The notes under the pieces are model-generated. The model saw only the letters and a list, made by a program, of their open reading frames with translations. It was not told the DNA's origin and searched no databases. The translations under genes and the position numbers were made by a program. 64,000 bases of DNA from Candidatus Moraniibacteriota bacterium (GTDB lineage Bacteria; Patescibacteriota; Minisyncoccia; Moranbacterales; UBA1568), in assembly GCA_023261645.1 (NCBI GenBank), contig JAHFOO010000001.1:181047-245046 (forward strand), given 5' to 3'. Position 1 is the first letter of the stretch. Each line of letters starts with the position of its first letter. Positions 7,710 through 17,506 of the stretch are shown in pieces.

Positions 7710-8900
7710 ATGGCAGAGCAATTTGATCGCAGCAAACCACACGTAAACGTCGGTACTATCGGTCACGTCGACCATGGGAAGACCACTTTGACAGCAGCTA
7801 TCCTGCATGTCCAGCATTTTTTGGGTATGGCAGTAGAAAAAGGCATCGATGAAATTGATAAAGCTCCAGAAGAGCGCGATCGTGGTATCACTATCGCAAC
7901 AGCTCATTGTGAGTATTCGACAGAAGCTCGTCACTACGCGCACGTCGATTGTCCTGGTCACGCTGACTATATCAAGAATATGATTACCGGTGCCGCTCAG
8001 ATGGACGGTGCTATCCTCGTCGTTTCTGCGACTGATGGTCCTATGCCACAGACCCGTGAACACATTCTCTTGGCTCGCCAAGTAGGTGTTCCTGCTATCG
8101 TTGTATTCCTCAACAAGGTAGATATGGTGGATGATCCGGAATTGATCGAACTCGTCGAAGCTGAAATCCGTGAACTTCTTTCCAAATATGAATTCGATGG
8201 TGACAAAGCCGTTATCATCCGTGGCAGTGCTTTGAAAGCTTTGAACTCGAAGTCTGCTGAAGACCCAGATGCCAAATGTATCCTGGACCTTATGAAGGCA
8301 ATTGATGAAAATATCCCGCAACCAGTACGTGATTTGGACAAACCATTCCTTCTTCCGATCGAAGACATCTTCTCGATTGAAGGTCGTGGTACGGTTGTCA
8401 CCGGACGTATCGAACGCGGAGTGATCAATATCAACGAAGAAGTGGAGATTATCGGTCTTACCGATACCAAGAAGACCGTTGTGACTGGCATTGAAATGTT
8501 CAACAAATCTCTCAATCGTGGTGAATGTGGAGACAACGCCGGTATCCTGATCCGTGGTATCAAGAAGGAAGATGTCCAGCGTGGTCAAGTGTTGGCCAAA
8601 CCAGGTTCCATCACTCCTCATACTGAATTCGATGGTGAAGTGTACGTTCTCTCCAAAGAAGAAGGTGGACGACATACTCCATTTTTCAAAGGATACAAAC
8701 CACAATTTTATATTCGCACCACTGATGTGACCGGCGAAGTGGAATTGCCGGAAGGTACTGAAATGGTTATGCCTGGCGACACGGTGAAACTCAAAATCAA
8801 ACTTTTGGCACCTGTGGCTATGGAAGAGGGTATGCGTTTCGCTATTCGTGAAGGTGGACGTACTGTCGGTGCCGGTGTCGCAACAAAAATCTTGAAATAG
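7710..8900 (+). CDS. tuf: elongation factor Tu
   Basis: [25 protein letters not shown] motifs; 396 aa. Confidence 0.97.
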   Translation: MAEQFDRSKPHVNVGTIGHVDHGKTTLTAAILHVQHFLGMAVEKGIDEIDKAPEERDRGITIATAHCEYSTEARHYAHVDCPGHADYIKNMITGAAQMDGAILVVSATDGPMPQTREHILLARQVGVPAIVVFLNKVDMVDDPELIELVEAEIRELLSKYEFDGDKAVIIRGSALKALNSKSAEDPDAKCILDLMKAIDENIPQPVRDLDKPFLLPIEDIFSIEGRGTVVTGRIERGVININEEVEIIGLTDTKKTVVTGIEMFNKSLNRGECGDNAGILIRGIKKEDVQRGQVLAKPGSITPHTEFDGEVYVLSKEEGGRHTPFFKGYKPQFYIRTTDVTGEVELPEGTEMVMPGDTVKLKIKLLAPVAMEEGMRFAIREGGRTVGAGVATKILK

Positions 8901-8999
8901 TTTTTTCAGGGAATCGAGTGGAGAGTAACTGGAAATCAGTTGCTCCCACGATCATTCTCTCAAGAAGAGGGATAGTCAAGTACTTACTAAAATGACGCA

Positions 9000-9326
9000 A
9001 TGAAAAAGACAGAAACAACGCAGGATCTGCGTGTGAGGATAAAAATCAAGGCTTACGATCACAAGGTGATCGATCAGTCTGCTCGGAAGATTGTCGAGAC
9101 AGCCGAACGTACCGGAGCCGTTATTACCGGTCCAGTACCGCTTCCGACAGAAATCCACAAGGTGACAGTCAATCGTTCGACTTTTGTCCACAAAAACTCA
9201 CGTGATCAATACGAGATGCGTGTGCACAAGAGACTCATCGATATCGTAAATCCATCAGCCAAGACTATTGAAAATCTCACCAATTTGGATTTACCGGCTG
9301 GAGTAGATGTGGAGATCAAGATGTAG
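9000..9326 (+). CDS. rpsJ: 30S ribosomal protein S10
   Basis: [28 protein letters not shown] conserved S10 core. Confidence 0.93.
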   Translation: MKKTETTQDLRVRIKIKAYDHKVIDQSARKIVETAERTGAVITGPVPLPTEIHKVTVNRSTFVHKNSRDQYEMRVHKRLIDIVNPSAKTIENLTNLDLPAGVDVEIKM

Positions 9327-9395
9327 TAAAAATAGATATTCGTTCAAGTCTGCCTTCATTTGATAGCTATCGAGTGAGAAGTGCAGATACTAAGC

Positions 9396-9450
9396 GACCA
9401 AAAGTTTCACCGTGAAACTGGTTCGCCTGTGCAATCCAGTTTTTTGTTTT
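9396..9450 (+). promoter_or_regulatory. attenuator-like element between rpsJ and rplC: two mutually exclusive hairpins, the second being an intrinsic terminator
   Basis: Hairpin 1 GTTTC(ACCGT)GAAAC at 9404-9418. Hairpin 2 stem 9414-9421/9436-9443 (GAAACTGG...CCAGTTT) followed by TTTTTTGTTTT. They share nucleotides 9414-9418. Confidence 0.45.
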
Positions 9451-9470
9451 AACAGGTTATCTCTACAGCA

Positions 9471-10079
9471 ATGAAATTTATCTTAGGAAAAAAATTGGGG
9501 ATGACGACTCTCTTTGATGAAACGAAGGGTGCTTTGAATGTGACGATGATTTCCTGTCAGGAAAATACGGTAAAACTCAATCGTACACTCGAAAAAGATG
9601 GATATCTGGCCGTACAGCTTGAAATCGATAAAACCAGCAAGAAAACGGTTCGTAAGGAATTCCGTATCGATAAGGCTGTCACCATCCCGGGAGATCGCGC
9701 CGGACTCGCAAGTGAATTGGAAAAATATCCACTTGATGGGAAAGTAAATGTTTCTCTTTTTGAAGTAGGTGAGCTCGTAAATATCGCCGGTATTACAAAA
9801 GGTAAAGGATTTCAAGGAACAGTGAAACGATATGGATTCGCAGGAGGCCGTAAGACTCACGGTGGTAAGCACGATTTGCGTAAGCCGGGATCAATCGGCG
9901 CGACATTTCCAGAACACGTTGTCAAAGGTCGTCGTATGGCCGGACGTATGGGTGGAGCGAATATGACCGCTCTCAACCTCACTATCGTATACGTGAGCCA
10001 AGAAGAAGGACTGATTGGCGTACGAGGTGCGGTGCCGGGAGTGAACGGACGAGTTGTCAAGATAATGAGTGTGAAATAG
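9471..10079 (+). CDS. rplC: 50S ribosomal protein L3
   Basis: MKFILGKKLGMTTLFDE ... conserved L3. Confidence 0.93.
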   Translation: MKFILGKKLGMTTLFDETKGALNVTMISCQENTVKLNRTLEKDGYLAVQLEIDKTSKKTVRKEFRIDKAVTIPGDRAGLASELEKYPLDGKVNVSLFEVGELVNIAGITKGKGFQGTVKRYGFAGGRKTHGGKHDLRKPGSIGATFPEHVVKGRRMAGRMGGANMTALNLTIVYVSQEEGLIGVRGAVPGVNGRVVKIMSVK

Positions 10080-10084
10080 AGAGT

Positions 10085-10738
10085 ATGGCAAAGATTACTG
10101 TAAAAAACAGAGCTGGCAAAGATGTGAAAGAAATCGAACTGAAAGATTTTGTTTTCAATGTGCCTTCGAATGATACATTGCTTCACCAAATATACGTTGC
10201 ACAAACTGGCAACCTCCGAAAAGCCATCGCTCATACGAAAGATCGCAGTGAACGAAGTGGTTCCGGCATCAAGCCATGGCGTCAGAAAGGTACCGGACGT
10301 GCTCGCGCCGGTTCTGCTCAGAGCCCTTTGTGGCGCAAGGGTGGCGTGACTTTCGGCCCGACCAAGGATCGTAATTTTACAAAAGATACAAATCAGAAGA
10401 TGCGTCAGAAAGCGGTGATGATCGCTCTCTCTGAGAAACTGCGTTCTGGACAGATCATCGTTATTGATGAATTGAATTATCCTGAAAAGAAGACGAAATT
10501 ATTCGCTGAGACTATACAAGCTCTGGGTATCACGGGGAAAAGCATTGTCTTCTCGCTGACCGGTGATGAGCGTGCCTGTATCGTGATGAGCCGGAATATT
10601 CCAAAAGTAGAGAATACTCCGACTGAAATTCTGAACGTGATGCACCTTTTGAATCGTCAGTATTTGATCATAACGGAAGCGGGTGTCAGGAATCTCGAGG
10701 GACGTTTTGCAGCCTGGGACAAACAAGAGACGAAATAA
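10085..10738 (+). CDS. rplD: 50S ribosomal protein L4
   Basis: L4 family sequence; position between rplC and rplW. Confidence 0.92.
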   Translation: MAKITVKNRAGKDVKEIELKDFVFNVPSNDTLLHQIYVAQTGNLRKAIAHTKDRSERSGSGIKPWRQKGTGRARAGSAQSPLWRKGGVTFGPTKDRNFTKDTNQKMRQKAVMIALSEKLRSGQIIVIDELNYPEKKTKLFAETIQALGITGKSIVFSLTGDERACIVMSRNIPKVENTPTEILNVMHLLNRQYLIITEAGVRNLEGRFAAWDKQETK

Positions 10739-10747
10739 TATAACCGT

Positions 10748-11140
10748 ATGCCACTATTCAAAAGCACAACCGAAGAGAAAAAAGAGAAATCCGTAAAAAC
10801 GGTTTCTTCAAAAGTGTCTGTCTCCAAGAAAGCACTCGCGGTAAAAGAGAGTCCTCTGGCAACCAGAGTTTTGTCTCGTCCGCGCGTGACAGAAAAAGCT
10901 TATGCTCTGAACACTCTCAATCAATATGTTTTCGTAGTAGCAAAGACAGCTACCAAGAAATCAGTGAAACGAGCGGTAGAGGAGGCATACGCGGTAGCCG
11001 TGGAGAAGGTACGCATCATCCGGTTACCTGCCAAGAAACGCGTTTTCGGAAAGAATACTGGTTCCAAGAGTGCTATCAAGAAAGCCATCATCAGTGTCGC
11101 AAAAGGCCAGACTATAGAACTCTTTAAAGGCGGTATGTAA
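10748..11140 (+). CDS. rplW: 50S ribosomal protein L23 with an N-terminal Lys/Ser-rich extension of about 35 aa
   Basis: Conserved L23 core begins near VLSRPRVTEKAY. An in-frame TTG at 10871 would give a canonical-length protein, so the start is uncertain. Confidence 0.85.
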   Translation: MPLFKSTTEEKKEKSVKTVSSKVSVSKKALAVKESPLATRVLSRPRVTEKAYALNTLNQYVFVVAKTATKKSVKRAVEEAYAVAVEKVRIIRLPAKKRVFGKNTGSKSAIKKAIISVAKGQTIELFKGGM

Positions 11141-11163
11141 CCCTACTTTGGTAGAAAAACATT

Positions 11164-11991
11164 ATGGCAATCAAAATCTACAAAAAGAATAATGCGGGAC
11201 GGCGCAATATGTCAGTGGTCAAGCCGGAAGGCGTGACTGACAGGGCTCCGGAGAAATCTCTTCTCGCGCCTCTTCCGAAAAAGGCTGGCCGTTCAGGAGG
11301 GAAGATTTCCGTCCGTCATCAAGGTGGTGGCGCCAAGAGACGCTATCGTATCATTGATTTTCGTCAGGACAAATTGGGTGTTCCCGGACGTATCGCCAGT
11401 ATCGAGAAAGATCCGAATCGTTCAGCTCTTATTGCGTTGGTACACTATGCTGATGGAGAAAAACGCTATGTGTTGGCAACAGACGCTATGCGACAGGGTC
11501 AGGAAATCATTTCTGCAGAAGAAGCCCCGATCGTCAACGGCAATCGACTCCTCCTCAAAAATATTCCTGTCGGTACGACCATCTGCAATATCGAGATGAA
11601 AGTCGGCAAGGGTGGGCAGATTGTGAGAAGTGCCGGTACTCAAGCGACACTTATGGCTCTCGATGGTGCGATGGCGCAGATAAAATTGAGCTCAGGAGAA
11701 ATCCGCTTGATTAGCAAAGAATGTTATGCTACGCTCGGACAAGTAAGCAATTTTGAACACAGTGCCGAAACGATTGGAAAAGCCGGTCGCGCCCGTCATA
11801 TGAATCATCGTCCGGCGGTCCGTGGAAGCGCGATGAACCCGGTGGATCATCCTCACGGCGGAGGCGAAGGACGACAACCGATTGGTATGCATCCAAAGAC
11901 TCCTTGGGGTAAGCCGGCACTCGGTAAGAAGACTCGTAAGAAGAAGAATGTTACGAATAAATATATCGTCAAACGTCGCCAGAAGAAGTAG
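11164..11991 (+). CDS. rplB: 50S ribosomal protein L2
   Basis: Conserved L2 incl. GRNxxGxITxRHRGGGHK-like region and C-terminal basic tail. Confidence 0.95.
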   Translation: MAIKIYKKNNAGRRNMSVVKPEGVTDRAPEKSLLAPLPKKAGRSGGKISVRHQGGGAKRRYRIIDFRQDKLGVPGRIASIEKDPNRSALIALVHYADGEKRYVLATDAMRQGQEIISAEEAPIVNGNRLLLKNIPVGTTICNIEMKVGKGGQIVRSAGTQATLMALDGAMAQIKLSSGEIRLISKECYATLGQVSNFEHSAETIGKAGRARHMNHRPAVRGSAMNPVDHPHGGGEGRQPIGMHPKTPWGKPALGKKTRKKKNVTNKYIVKRRQKK

Positions 11992-12012
11992 TATCATAAT
12001 AAAGCGAAATGT

Positions 12013-12363
12013 ATGTCACGAAGTCTCAAAAAAGGTCCATATGTCGATCCTCGTGTGCTGAAGAAGCTCGAAGGAAAGAAACTCGGTGATCGCACTATCA
12101 TCAAAACATGGTCGCGCGCATGCACTATCTCTCCGGAGATGACCGGTTTCACTTTCGGAGTGCACAATGGGAAAGATTTCATTCCTGTTCTGGTGACAGA
12201 GGAAATGGTGGGTCACAAACTGGGAGAATTTTCTCCGACACGCAAGTTTACCCGTCATGGAGGGAAGATGCAGAAAGATCTCGAAACCGCTGCAAAACAA
12301 CGAGACCTCGATGCTGCCAAAGCAGCCAAAGCCACCGCTCCTGCCGCTGGCGCTAAAAAGTAG
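12013..12363 (+). CDS. rpsS: 30S ribosomal protein S19 with an Ala/Lys-rich C-terminal tail
   Basis: [12 protein letters not shown] ... [13 protein letters not shown] conserved; tail [16 protein letters not shown]. Confidence 0.93.
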   Translation: MSRSLKKGPYVDPRVLKKLEGKKLGDRTIIKTWSRACTISPEMTGFTFGVHNGKDFIPVLVTEEMVGHKLGEFSPTRKFTRHGGKMQKDLETAAKQRDLDAAKAAKATAPAAGAKK

Positions 12364-12371
12364 ATATATAT

Positions 12372-12908
12372 ATGAAAGTACACGCTACACTCACAAATCT
12401 CCGTATTGCCCCGCGTAAAGTGCGTCTCGTGACACACTCTATTGTCGGTGTGGATGCGCGCGAATCCCTTCTCCAGCTTCAAAAGCAGGTGAAGAAGTCT
12501 TCTCAGCCGATCTATGATCTCTTGAAGAGTGCTATGGCCAATGCGACGAACAATAATGGACTCGATGTGGCCAACTTATATGTGTTTGAAATCCGTGTCG
12601 GCGATGGTTTGCGATTGAAGCGCTGGTTACCACGTGCTTTCGGTAGAGCGACTCCTCTCCTCCATCGCGGTTCCAATGTGACAATCATTCTGGAAGAAAA
12701 AATAGAAGGGAAGAATCGTACGACGAAGAAAGCGATAGCAGAGACCGTCACTGTCAAAGGAACGGAGATAACTGAATCACAGGATGAGAAGAAGGTTGCT
12801 CAGATTGCAAAACATACCGAAAAGATCGAACCATCGAAAACCGGAGCCACCAATAAGACAGCCAGTGGAAAAGTAATCAAGAAAGTGTTTCAGAGAAAAT
12901 CGATTTAA
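12372..12908 (+). CDS. rplV: 50S ribosomal protein L22 with a C-terminal extension of about 60 aa
   Basis: MKVHATLTNLRIAPRKVRLV ... conserved L22 core followed by a Lys-rich tail. Confidence 0.9.
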   Translation: MKVHATLTNLRIAPRKVRLVTHSIVGVDARESLLQLQKQVKKSSQPIYDLLKSAMANATNNNGLDVANLYVFEIRVGDGLRLKRWLPRAFGRATPLLHRGSNVTIILEEKIEGKNRTTKKAIAETVTVKGTEITESQDEKKVAQIAKHTEKIEPSKTGATNKTASGKVIKKVFQRKSI

Positions 12909-12929
12909 ATAAGAAAGCAATACATAGTT

Positions 12930-13595
12930 ATGGGCAATAAAGTCAATCCAACTGGTATCCGTCTCGGTATTACGACCAACTGGCAATCACGCTGGTTCGG
13001 AAGTAAGAAGACGTACAGCGCGCAGCTGCGTAAAGATATAGAAATCCGTACGCTTATTATGAGCAAATGGAAGGCTGCCGCTATCGCTTCAGTGGAGGTT
13101 GATCGTTCTGCTAATGTCGTCAAGCTGTTCATCTATACTGCCCGCCCAGGTGTGCTTATCGGACGCGGAGGTACCGGTATCGAAGATTTGACACGTGCCA
13201 TCAAAAAACAATTTTTTGCAGGGAAGAAAATAGATCTCAAAGTGGAAGTACTCGAAGTGAAGAGTCCGGAGACGAATGCGATGCTGGTCGGCCAGCAGGT
13301 AGCAGAACAACTTGAGAAGCGTATGCCATTCCGTCGAATCCTCAAAACGATGCTCGATCAAGTGGAAGGGAACAAGACAGTACAGGGTGTGAAGATAGAA
13401 ATCTGCGGTCGTTTGGGAGGTGCTGAAATGTCTCGTCGTGAATGGTTATCTCGTGGTAAGATTCCTCTCCACACGCTCCGTGCCGATATCGATTTCGCCC
13501 GTGCTGAAGCGCATACTACCTACGGTGTGATCGGAATCAAGACGTGGATTTATAAAGGCGAGAAGTTCGAAGAGGTGAAAGTAGAAACAGAATAA
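12930..13595 (+). CDS. rpsC: 30S ribosomal protein S3
   Basis: MGNKVNPTGIRLGITTNWQSRWF ... KH domain. Confidence 0.95.
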   Translation: MGNKVNPTGIRLGITTNWQSRWFGSKKTYSAQLRKDIEIRTLIMSKWKAAAIASVEVDRSANVVKLFIYTARPGVLIGRGGTGIEDLTRAIKKQFFAGKKIDLKVEVLEVKSPETNAMLVGQQVAEQLEKRMPFRRILKTMLDQVEGNKTVQGVKIEICGRLGGAEMSRREWLSRGKIPLHTLRADIDFARAEAHTTYGVIGIKTWIYKGEKFEEVKVETE

Positions 13596-13607
13596 CAGAA
13601 GTACCCT

Positions 13608-14018
13608 ATGTTAATGCCAAGAAAAGTAAAACATCGAAAAATCCATCGTGGAGGTTGGTCCGGCAGTCCGGCAACCCGTGGGGATAAAGTGAGCTTCGGA
13701 GGCTATGGCTTGAAAGCTGTAGAGGAAGGACTCGTTTCGGCTCGTCAAATCGAAGCCGCAAGACGGGCGATGACTCGCTCGATCCAGCGCGGTGGCAAGG
13801 TGTGGATACGCATATTTCCGGATAAACCGATGACCAAGAAGGGTGAACAGACTCCGATGGGTAAAGGAAAAGGAAGTGTCGACCATTTTGTTGCCAAGAT
13901 ACGCGCCGGAAAAGTTCTCTTTGAACTCGACGGCATTTCGAAGAAAGAGGCGACGGAAGCGATGCGTCTGGCATCTCATAAGCTGGCTATCAAAACAAAA
14001 TTCGTTGAACGACAGTAA
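13608..14018 (+). CDS. rplP: 50S ribosomal protein L16
   Basis: [15 protein letters not shown] conserved N-terminus. Confidence 0.93.
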   Translation: MLMPRKVKHRKIHRGGWSGSPATRGDKVSFGGYGLKAVEEGLVSARQIEAARRAMTRSIQRGGKVWIRIFPDKPMTKKGEQTPMGKGKGSVDHFVAKIRAGKVLFELDGISKKEATEAMRLASHKLAIKTKFVERQ

Positions 14019-14048
14019 AACAGTTTATAATGTGAGAAAGTTGAAAGT

Positions 14049-14252
14049 ATGAAAGCAAAAGAATGGCGAGAAAAATCAGAAGGTGAGCGAGAGAAGACGA
14101 TTCTCGAGCTGGCAGACAAGGCTCGCAAGCTTCGTTTCGATTTGGCGACTCGTGAGACGAAAATACACAGCGAATACAGGAAGATAAAGAAGGATATCGC
14201 CCGTCTCGAGACACTGAAACAGGAATCATTACTTTCAATTAATGGAGATTAA
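14049..14252 (+). CDS. rpmC: 50S ribosomal protein L29
   Basis: Short helical protein KAKEWREKS ... ELADKARKLRFDLATRE between rplP and rpsQ. Confidence 0.88.
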   Translation: MKAKEWREKSEGEREKTILELADKARKLRFDLATRETKIHSEYRKIKKDIARLETLKQESLLSINGD

Positions 14253-14256
14253 GTAT

Positions 14257-14520
14257 ATGGCAAAAGTGATACCGGCAATCAAAGAAGTGAAGAACACTCC
14301 CAAGTGGAGTGGTGTAGTGGTGAGCAATAAGATGGATAAAACAATTATCGTGTCCGTCGATACACTCAAAACTCACCCGAAATATCTGAAACAATACCGT
14401 TCGACCAAGAGATACAAGGTTCACGTGGAAGAAAATAAGTATGTTATCGGAGAGAAAGTAGAATTTGAAGAATGTCGTCCTATCAGTCGCGGTACGCACC
14501 ATAAGATTGTCGTCCTGTAA
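14257..14520 (+). CDS. rpsQ: 30S ribosomal protein S17
   Basis: [16 protein letters not shown] ... OB-fold S17 core; ATG 14257 preferred over the upstream in-frame start. Confidence 0.9.
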   Translation: MAKVIPAIKEVKNTPKWSGVVVSNKMDKTIIVSVDTLKTHPKYLKQYRSTKRYKVHVEENKYVIGEKVEFEECRPISRGTHHKIVVL

Positions 14521-14530
14521 TCAAGATCAT

Positions 14531-14902
14531 ATGATACAAGCAGAATCAAAATTGATAGTCGCCGATAACAGCGGTGCGAAAATGATCAAGTGCTTCAAGG
14601 TGCTTGGAGGAACAAGACGGCGTTATGCCGGCCTTGGGGATATTATCGTAGCCTCTGTCAAATCTGCTGAACCGCGAGGTATTGTGAAAAAAGGTGAGAT
14701 AGTGAAAGCTGTCATTGTCCGTCAGGTCAGATCTCATCGTCGTAAAGACAATTCCTATATCCGTTTCGATGAAAATGCCGCCGTCATTCTCGATGCCAAC
14801 AATATAGATCCGAAAGGAACGCGTATTTTTGGTCCGGTCGCTCGCGAACTCCGCGAGAAAGGATTTTCCAAAATCGTTTCTCTGGCTCCGGAAGTTTTAT
14901 AA
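14531..14902 (+). CDS. rplN: 50S ribosomal protein L14
   Basis: [17 protein letters not shown] conserved L14 N-terminus; ATG 14531 chosen (the ORF track extends upstream via an alternative start). Confidence 0.93.
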   Translation: MIQAESKLIVADNSGAKMIKCFKVLGGTRRRYAGLGDIIVASVKSAEPRGIVKKGEIVKAVIVRQVRSHRRKDNSYIRFDENAAVILDANNIDPKGTRIFGPVARELREKGFSKIVSLAPEVL

Positions 14903-14913
14903 ATATACTACCT

Positions 14914-15219
14914 ATGAAGATTAAAAAAGGCGATCAAGTTGAAATCACAGCAGGAAAAGATTCCGGTAAACGCGGAGAGGTTCTGTATGTTTTTCCGAAA
15001 TCAGAAAAAATAGTCGTCAAGGGTGCGAATATCGTGAAGCGCCATATCAAAGCGACTCGTGACGGAGAGAAGGGTCAACGTGTCGAAAAAGAAGCTCCAT
15101 TTCATGTCTCCAATGTGATGCTTGTCTGCCCTCATTCAGGAAAATTGACACGTATCGGATATACAATCGAGGGTGGAGAAAAAGTGAGAATAAGCAAGAA
15201 GTCCGGTAAAGCCATTTAA
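14914..15219 (+). CDS. rplX: 50S ribosomal protein L24
   Basis: MKIKKGDQVEITAGKDSGKRGEV KOW motif. Confidence 0.92.
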   Translation: MKIKKGDQVEITAGKDSGKRGEVLYVFPKSEKIVVKGANIVKRHIKATRDGEKGQRVEKEAPFHVSNVMLVCPHSGKLTRIGYTIEGGEKVRISKKSGKAI

Positions 15220-15249
15220 TTCAAGTCAGTATAGAGCAGAAGATTTCGT

Positions 15250-15816
15250 ATGAAAATGTTACCAAAGAAACAATTATATAATGAAAAGGTGATTCCTGCC
15301 TTGAAGAAAGAACTCGGTATCAAAAACCTGATGGCTGTTCCTCGTGTCGGAAAAATCGTTGTGAATATCGGTACGGGCAAGATTTTGAAAGATGCGAAAC
15401 GAGTAGAAGATGCCATCGCTTCTTTGGGAGTGATCACCGGACAGAAAGTCATAGCGACAAAAGCTCGCAAAGCCATCGCTGGTTTCAAGACTCGTGAAGG
15501 ATTGGAAGTAGGTGCTCGTGTGACACTTCACGGAAAACGTATGTGGGACTTTCTGGATCGTTTGATCAATGTGGCTCTCCCACGTGTACGCGATTTCCAA
15601 GGTATTCCGAGAAGCGCTATCGATCAGAGCGGGAATTGCAATATCGGCATCAAGGAACATCTTGTTTTCCCGGAAATCGTCGCAGAAAAAGTACAAAATA
15701 TATTCAGTTTTCAGATAAATATCGTCACGACAGCGAAGAACAAACAAGAAGGGGAAGCGTTGTTTCGTCTCCTCGGATTGCCACTCGAACAGGTAGAAGT
15801 AAAACGAGAGAAATAA
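15250..15816 (+). CDS. rplE: 50S ribosomal protein L5
   Basis: Conserved L5 sequence incl. VPRVGKIVVNIGTG. Confidence 0.93.
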   Translation: MKMLPKKQLYNEKVIPALKKELGIKNLMAVPRVGKIVVNIGTGKILKDAKRVEDAIASLGVITGQKVIATKARKAIAGFKTREGLEVGARVTLHGKRMWDFLDRLINVALPRVRDFQGIPRSAIDQSGNCNIGIKEHLVFPEIVAEKVQNIFSFQINIVTTAKNKQEGEALFRLLGLPLEQVEVKREK

Positions 15817-15831
15817 TACATCGAAATTCAT

Positions 15832-16017
15832 ATGGCAAAGACATCTACAGCAGCAAGAGCACTCAAAACCCCGAAATTTTCAACCCGTATTGTGAATCGG
15901 TGTTGGAAATGTGGTCGTAAACACGGGTATCTGCGAAAATATGATGTGTGTCGTATTTGTTTCCGCGAACTTGCCAACAGTGGCCAGATTCCTGGAGTAA
16001 AAAAATCATCCTGGTAA
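15832..16017 (+). CDS. rpsZ: 30S ribosomal protein S14 type Z (zinc-binding, 61 aa)
   Basis: [23 protein letters not shown] with four Cys. Confidence 0.93.
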   Translation: MAKTSTAARALKTPKFSTRIVNRCWKCGRKHGYLRKYDVCRICFRELANSGQIPGVKKSSW

Positions 16018-16033
16018 ACTTAAGCTAGACATT

Positions 16034-16441
16034 ATGTTAGATCCAATTGCAGACATGTTGACAAGAATTCGAAACGCGCAGGCTGCCGGCCACGCGAAGG
16101 TTTCTATGCACGCTTCGAAAATCAAATTTGTTCTCGCCTCCATTCTTGAACACGAAGGATTTGTAGGTCGTGTCGAGAAGCAGACAGATGAAGATGCTCA
16201 TGAGAATTTGTGTATCTGGCTTAAATATACAGAGGTTTCTCCTACGAAAAAAGTTCCTGCCATTCAAGAATTGACGCGTGTCAGCAAACAAGGATGTCGT
16301 ATCTATGTCAAAAAGAGTGAAATAAAGAAAGTGAAGAATGGCTATGGTATTGCGATTGTCTCTACTTCCCAAGGAGTGATGACGGGAACAGAAGCTTTCA
16401 GACGTGGTTTGGGCGGCGAATATATCTGTCGAGTGTGGTAA
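16034..16441 (+). CDS. rpsH: 30S ribosomal protein S8
   Basis: MLDPIADMLTRIRNA conserved S8. Confidence 0.94.
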   Translation: MLDPIADMLTRIRNAQAAGHAKVSMHASKIKFVLASILEHEGFVGRVEKQTDEDAHENLCIWLKYTEVSPTKKVPAIQELTRVSKQGCRIYVKKSEIKKVKNGYGIAIVSTSQGVMTGTEAFRRGLGGEYICRVW

Positions 16442-16555
16442 TATGAATAGCTTCACTAGCTTCTTAGCTTCACTAGCTTGTTCGTAAAATAACGGCTGAT
16501 GAAATTAGGAAGCTAAAGAAGCTGAAAGTTAACGAAGCTATAAGCTATTGAAATT
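16442..16555 (+). repeat. 114-nt structured spacer between rpsH and rplF with AGCTTC-based direct and inverted repeats
   Basis: AGCTTCACTAGCTTCTTAGCTTCACTAGCTTG at 16450-16481 is roughly complementary to GGAAGCTAAAGAAGCTGAAAG...GAAGCTATAAGCT at 16508-16548. Confidence 0.5.
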
Positions 16556-17092
16556 ATGAGTAGAATTGGAAAAAAACCGGTGAGTATCCCAAGCGGAGTA
16601 GAAGTAACACTCTCTGCCAATGTGGTTGCTGTCAAAGGACCGAAAGGAACACTCGAATTCGCTCATTCTCGCGAATCGAAAGTGGCCGTAGTCGAGAACG
16701 AAGTTCTGGTTACGAAAGTCGGGGAAACCAAGAAAGCACGAGCGATCTGGGGAACGACCGCCAAATTGATCGCCAATATGATTGCTGGTGTGACCAATGG
16801 TTTTCAGAAACAACTTGAATTGAATGGTGTCGGTTTCCGTATGGTATCCTCAGGAAAGAAACTGACTCTGGCACTGGGATTCTCTCATCCGGTAGAACGG
16901 ATACTCCCGGATGGTTTGGAGGCAAGAATTGAAAATAACATTCTGACAATTTCCGGTATTGATAAACAAAAAGTAGGTGAGTTTGCCGCAGTGATAAGGA
17001 AACTCAAGCCGGTTGAGCCATACAAGGGGAAAGGCTTCCGTTATGTGGATGAAGTCGTGCGCCGTAAAGAGGGCAAGAAAGCAGCAGCCTAA
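16556..17092 (+). CDS. rplF: 50S ribosomal protein L6
   Basis: MSRIGKKPVSIPSGVEV conserved L6. Confidence 0.94.
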   Translation: MSRIGKKPVSIPSGVEVTLSANVVAVKGPKGTLEFAHSRESKVAVVENEVLVTKVGETKKARAIWGTTAKLIANMIAGVTNGFQKQLELNGVGFRMVSSGKKLTLALGFSHPVERILPDGLEARIENNILTISGIDKQKVGEFAAVIRKLKPVEPYKGKGFRYVDEVVRRKEGKKAAA

Positions 17093-17117
17093 TGAATTTT
17101 TGTAAACACTTTCGAGT

Positions 17118-17474
17118 ATGTTGAAGCGAGAAATGAAAAAAGTGAAACGATTTGAGCGGAAGCGCCGCGTTCGTGCCAAGCTTGTCGGTACGGCTGTCTG
17201 TCCGCGTCTTTCAGTGTTCCGTAGTTTGAAAAATATTTCCGTTCAAGCGATCGATGACGTAGCAGGAAGGACTCTTGCTCAGGCAAGTCTGGCTCTTCTC
17301 GGGAAAGACGTCAAACACACAGTAGATGGGGCGGCGTTGGTAGGAAAAGAGATAGCGACGCAATTGATCAAACTTGATATAAAAAAAGCAATTTTTGACC
17401 GATCGGGATATCGATATCATGGTAAAGTGAAAGCACTCGCAGATGGTGCTCGAGCGAACGGACTCATATTTTAA
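17118..17474 (+). CDS. rplR: 50S ribosomal protein L18
   Basis: L18 family sequence; position in the spc cluster. Confidence 0.9.
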   Translation: MLKREMKKVKRFERKRRVRAKLVGTAVCPRLSVFRSLKNISVQAIDDVAGRTLAQASLALLGKDVKHTVDGAALVGKEIATQLIKLDIKKAIFDRSGYRYHGKVKALADGARANGLIF

Positions 17475-17506
17475 GTGATGTAAATAATCGAGAACATACG
17501 TATTTT

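Noticed and set aside
7695-8705. 336-aa minus-strand ORF opposite tuf, and many other long antisense ORFs (e.g. 6271-6972 opposite fusA, 20343-20918, 27666-28460, 33753-34376, 38094-38801, 15274-15831, 9483-9872)
   Set aside because: They lie entirely inside well-supported conserved genes on the other strand, have low-complexity or odd composition, and have no start context. They are shadow ORFs.
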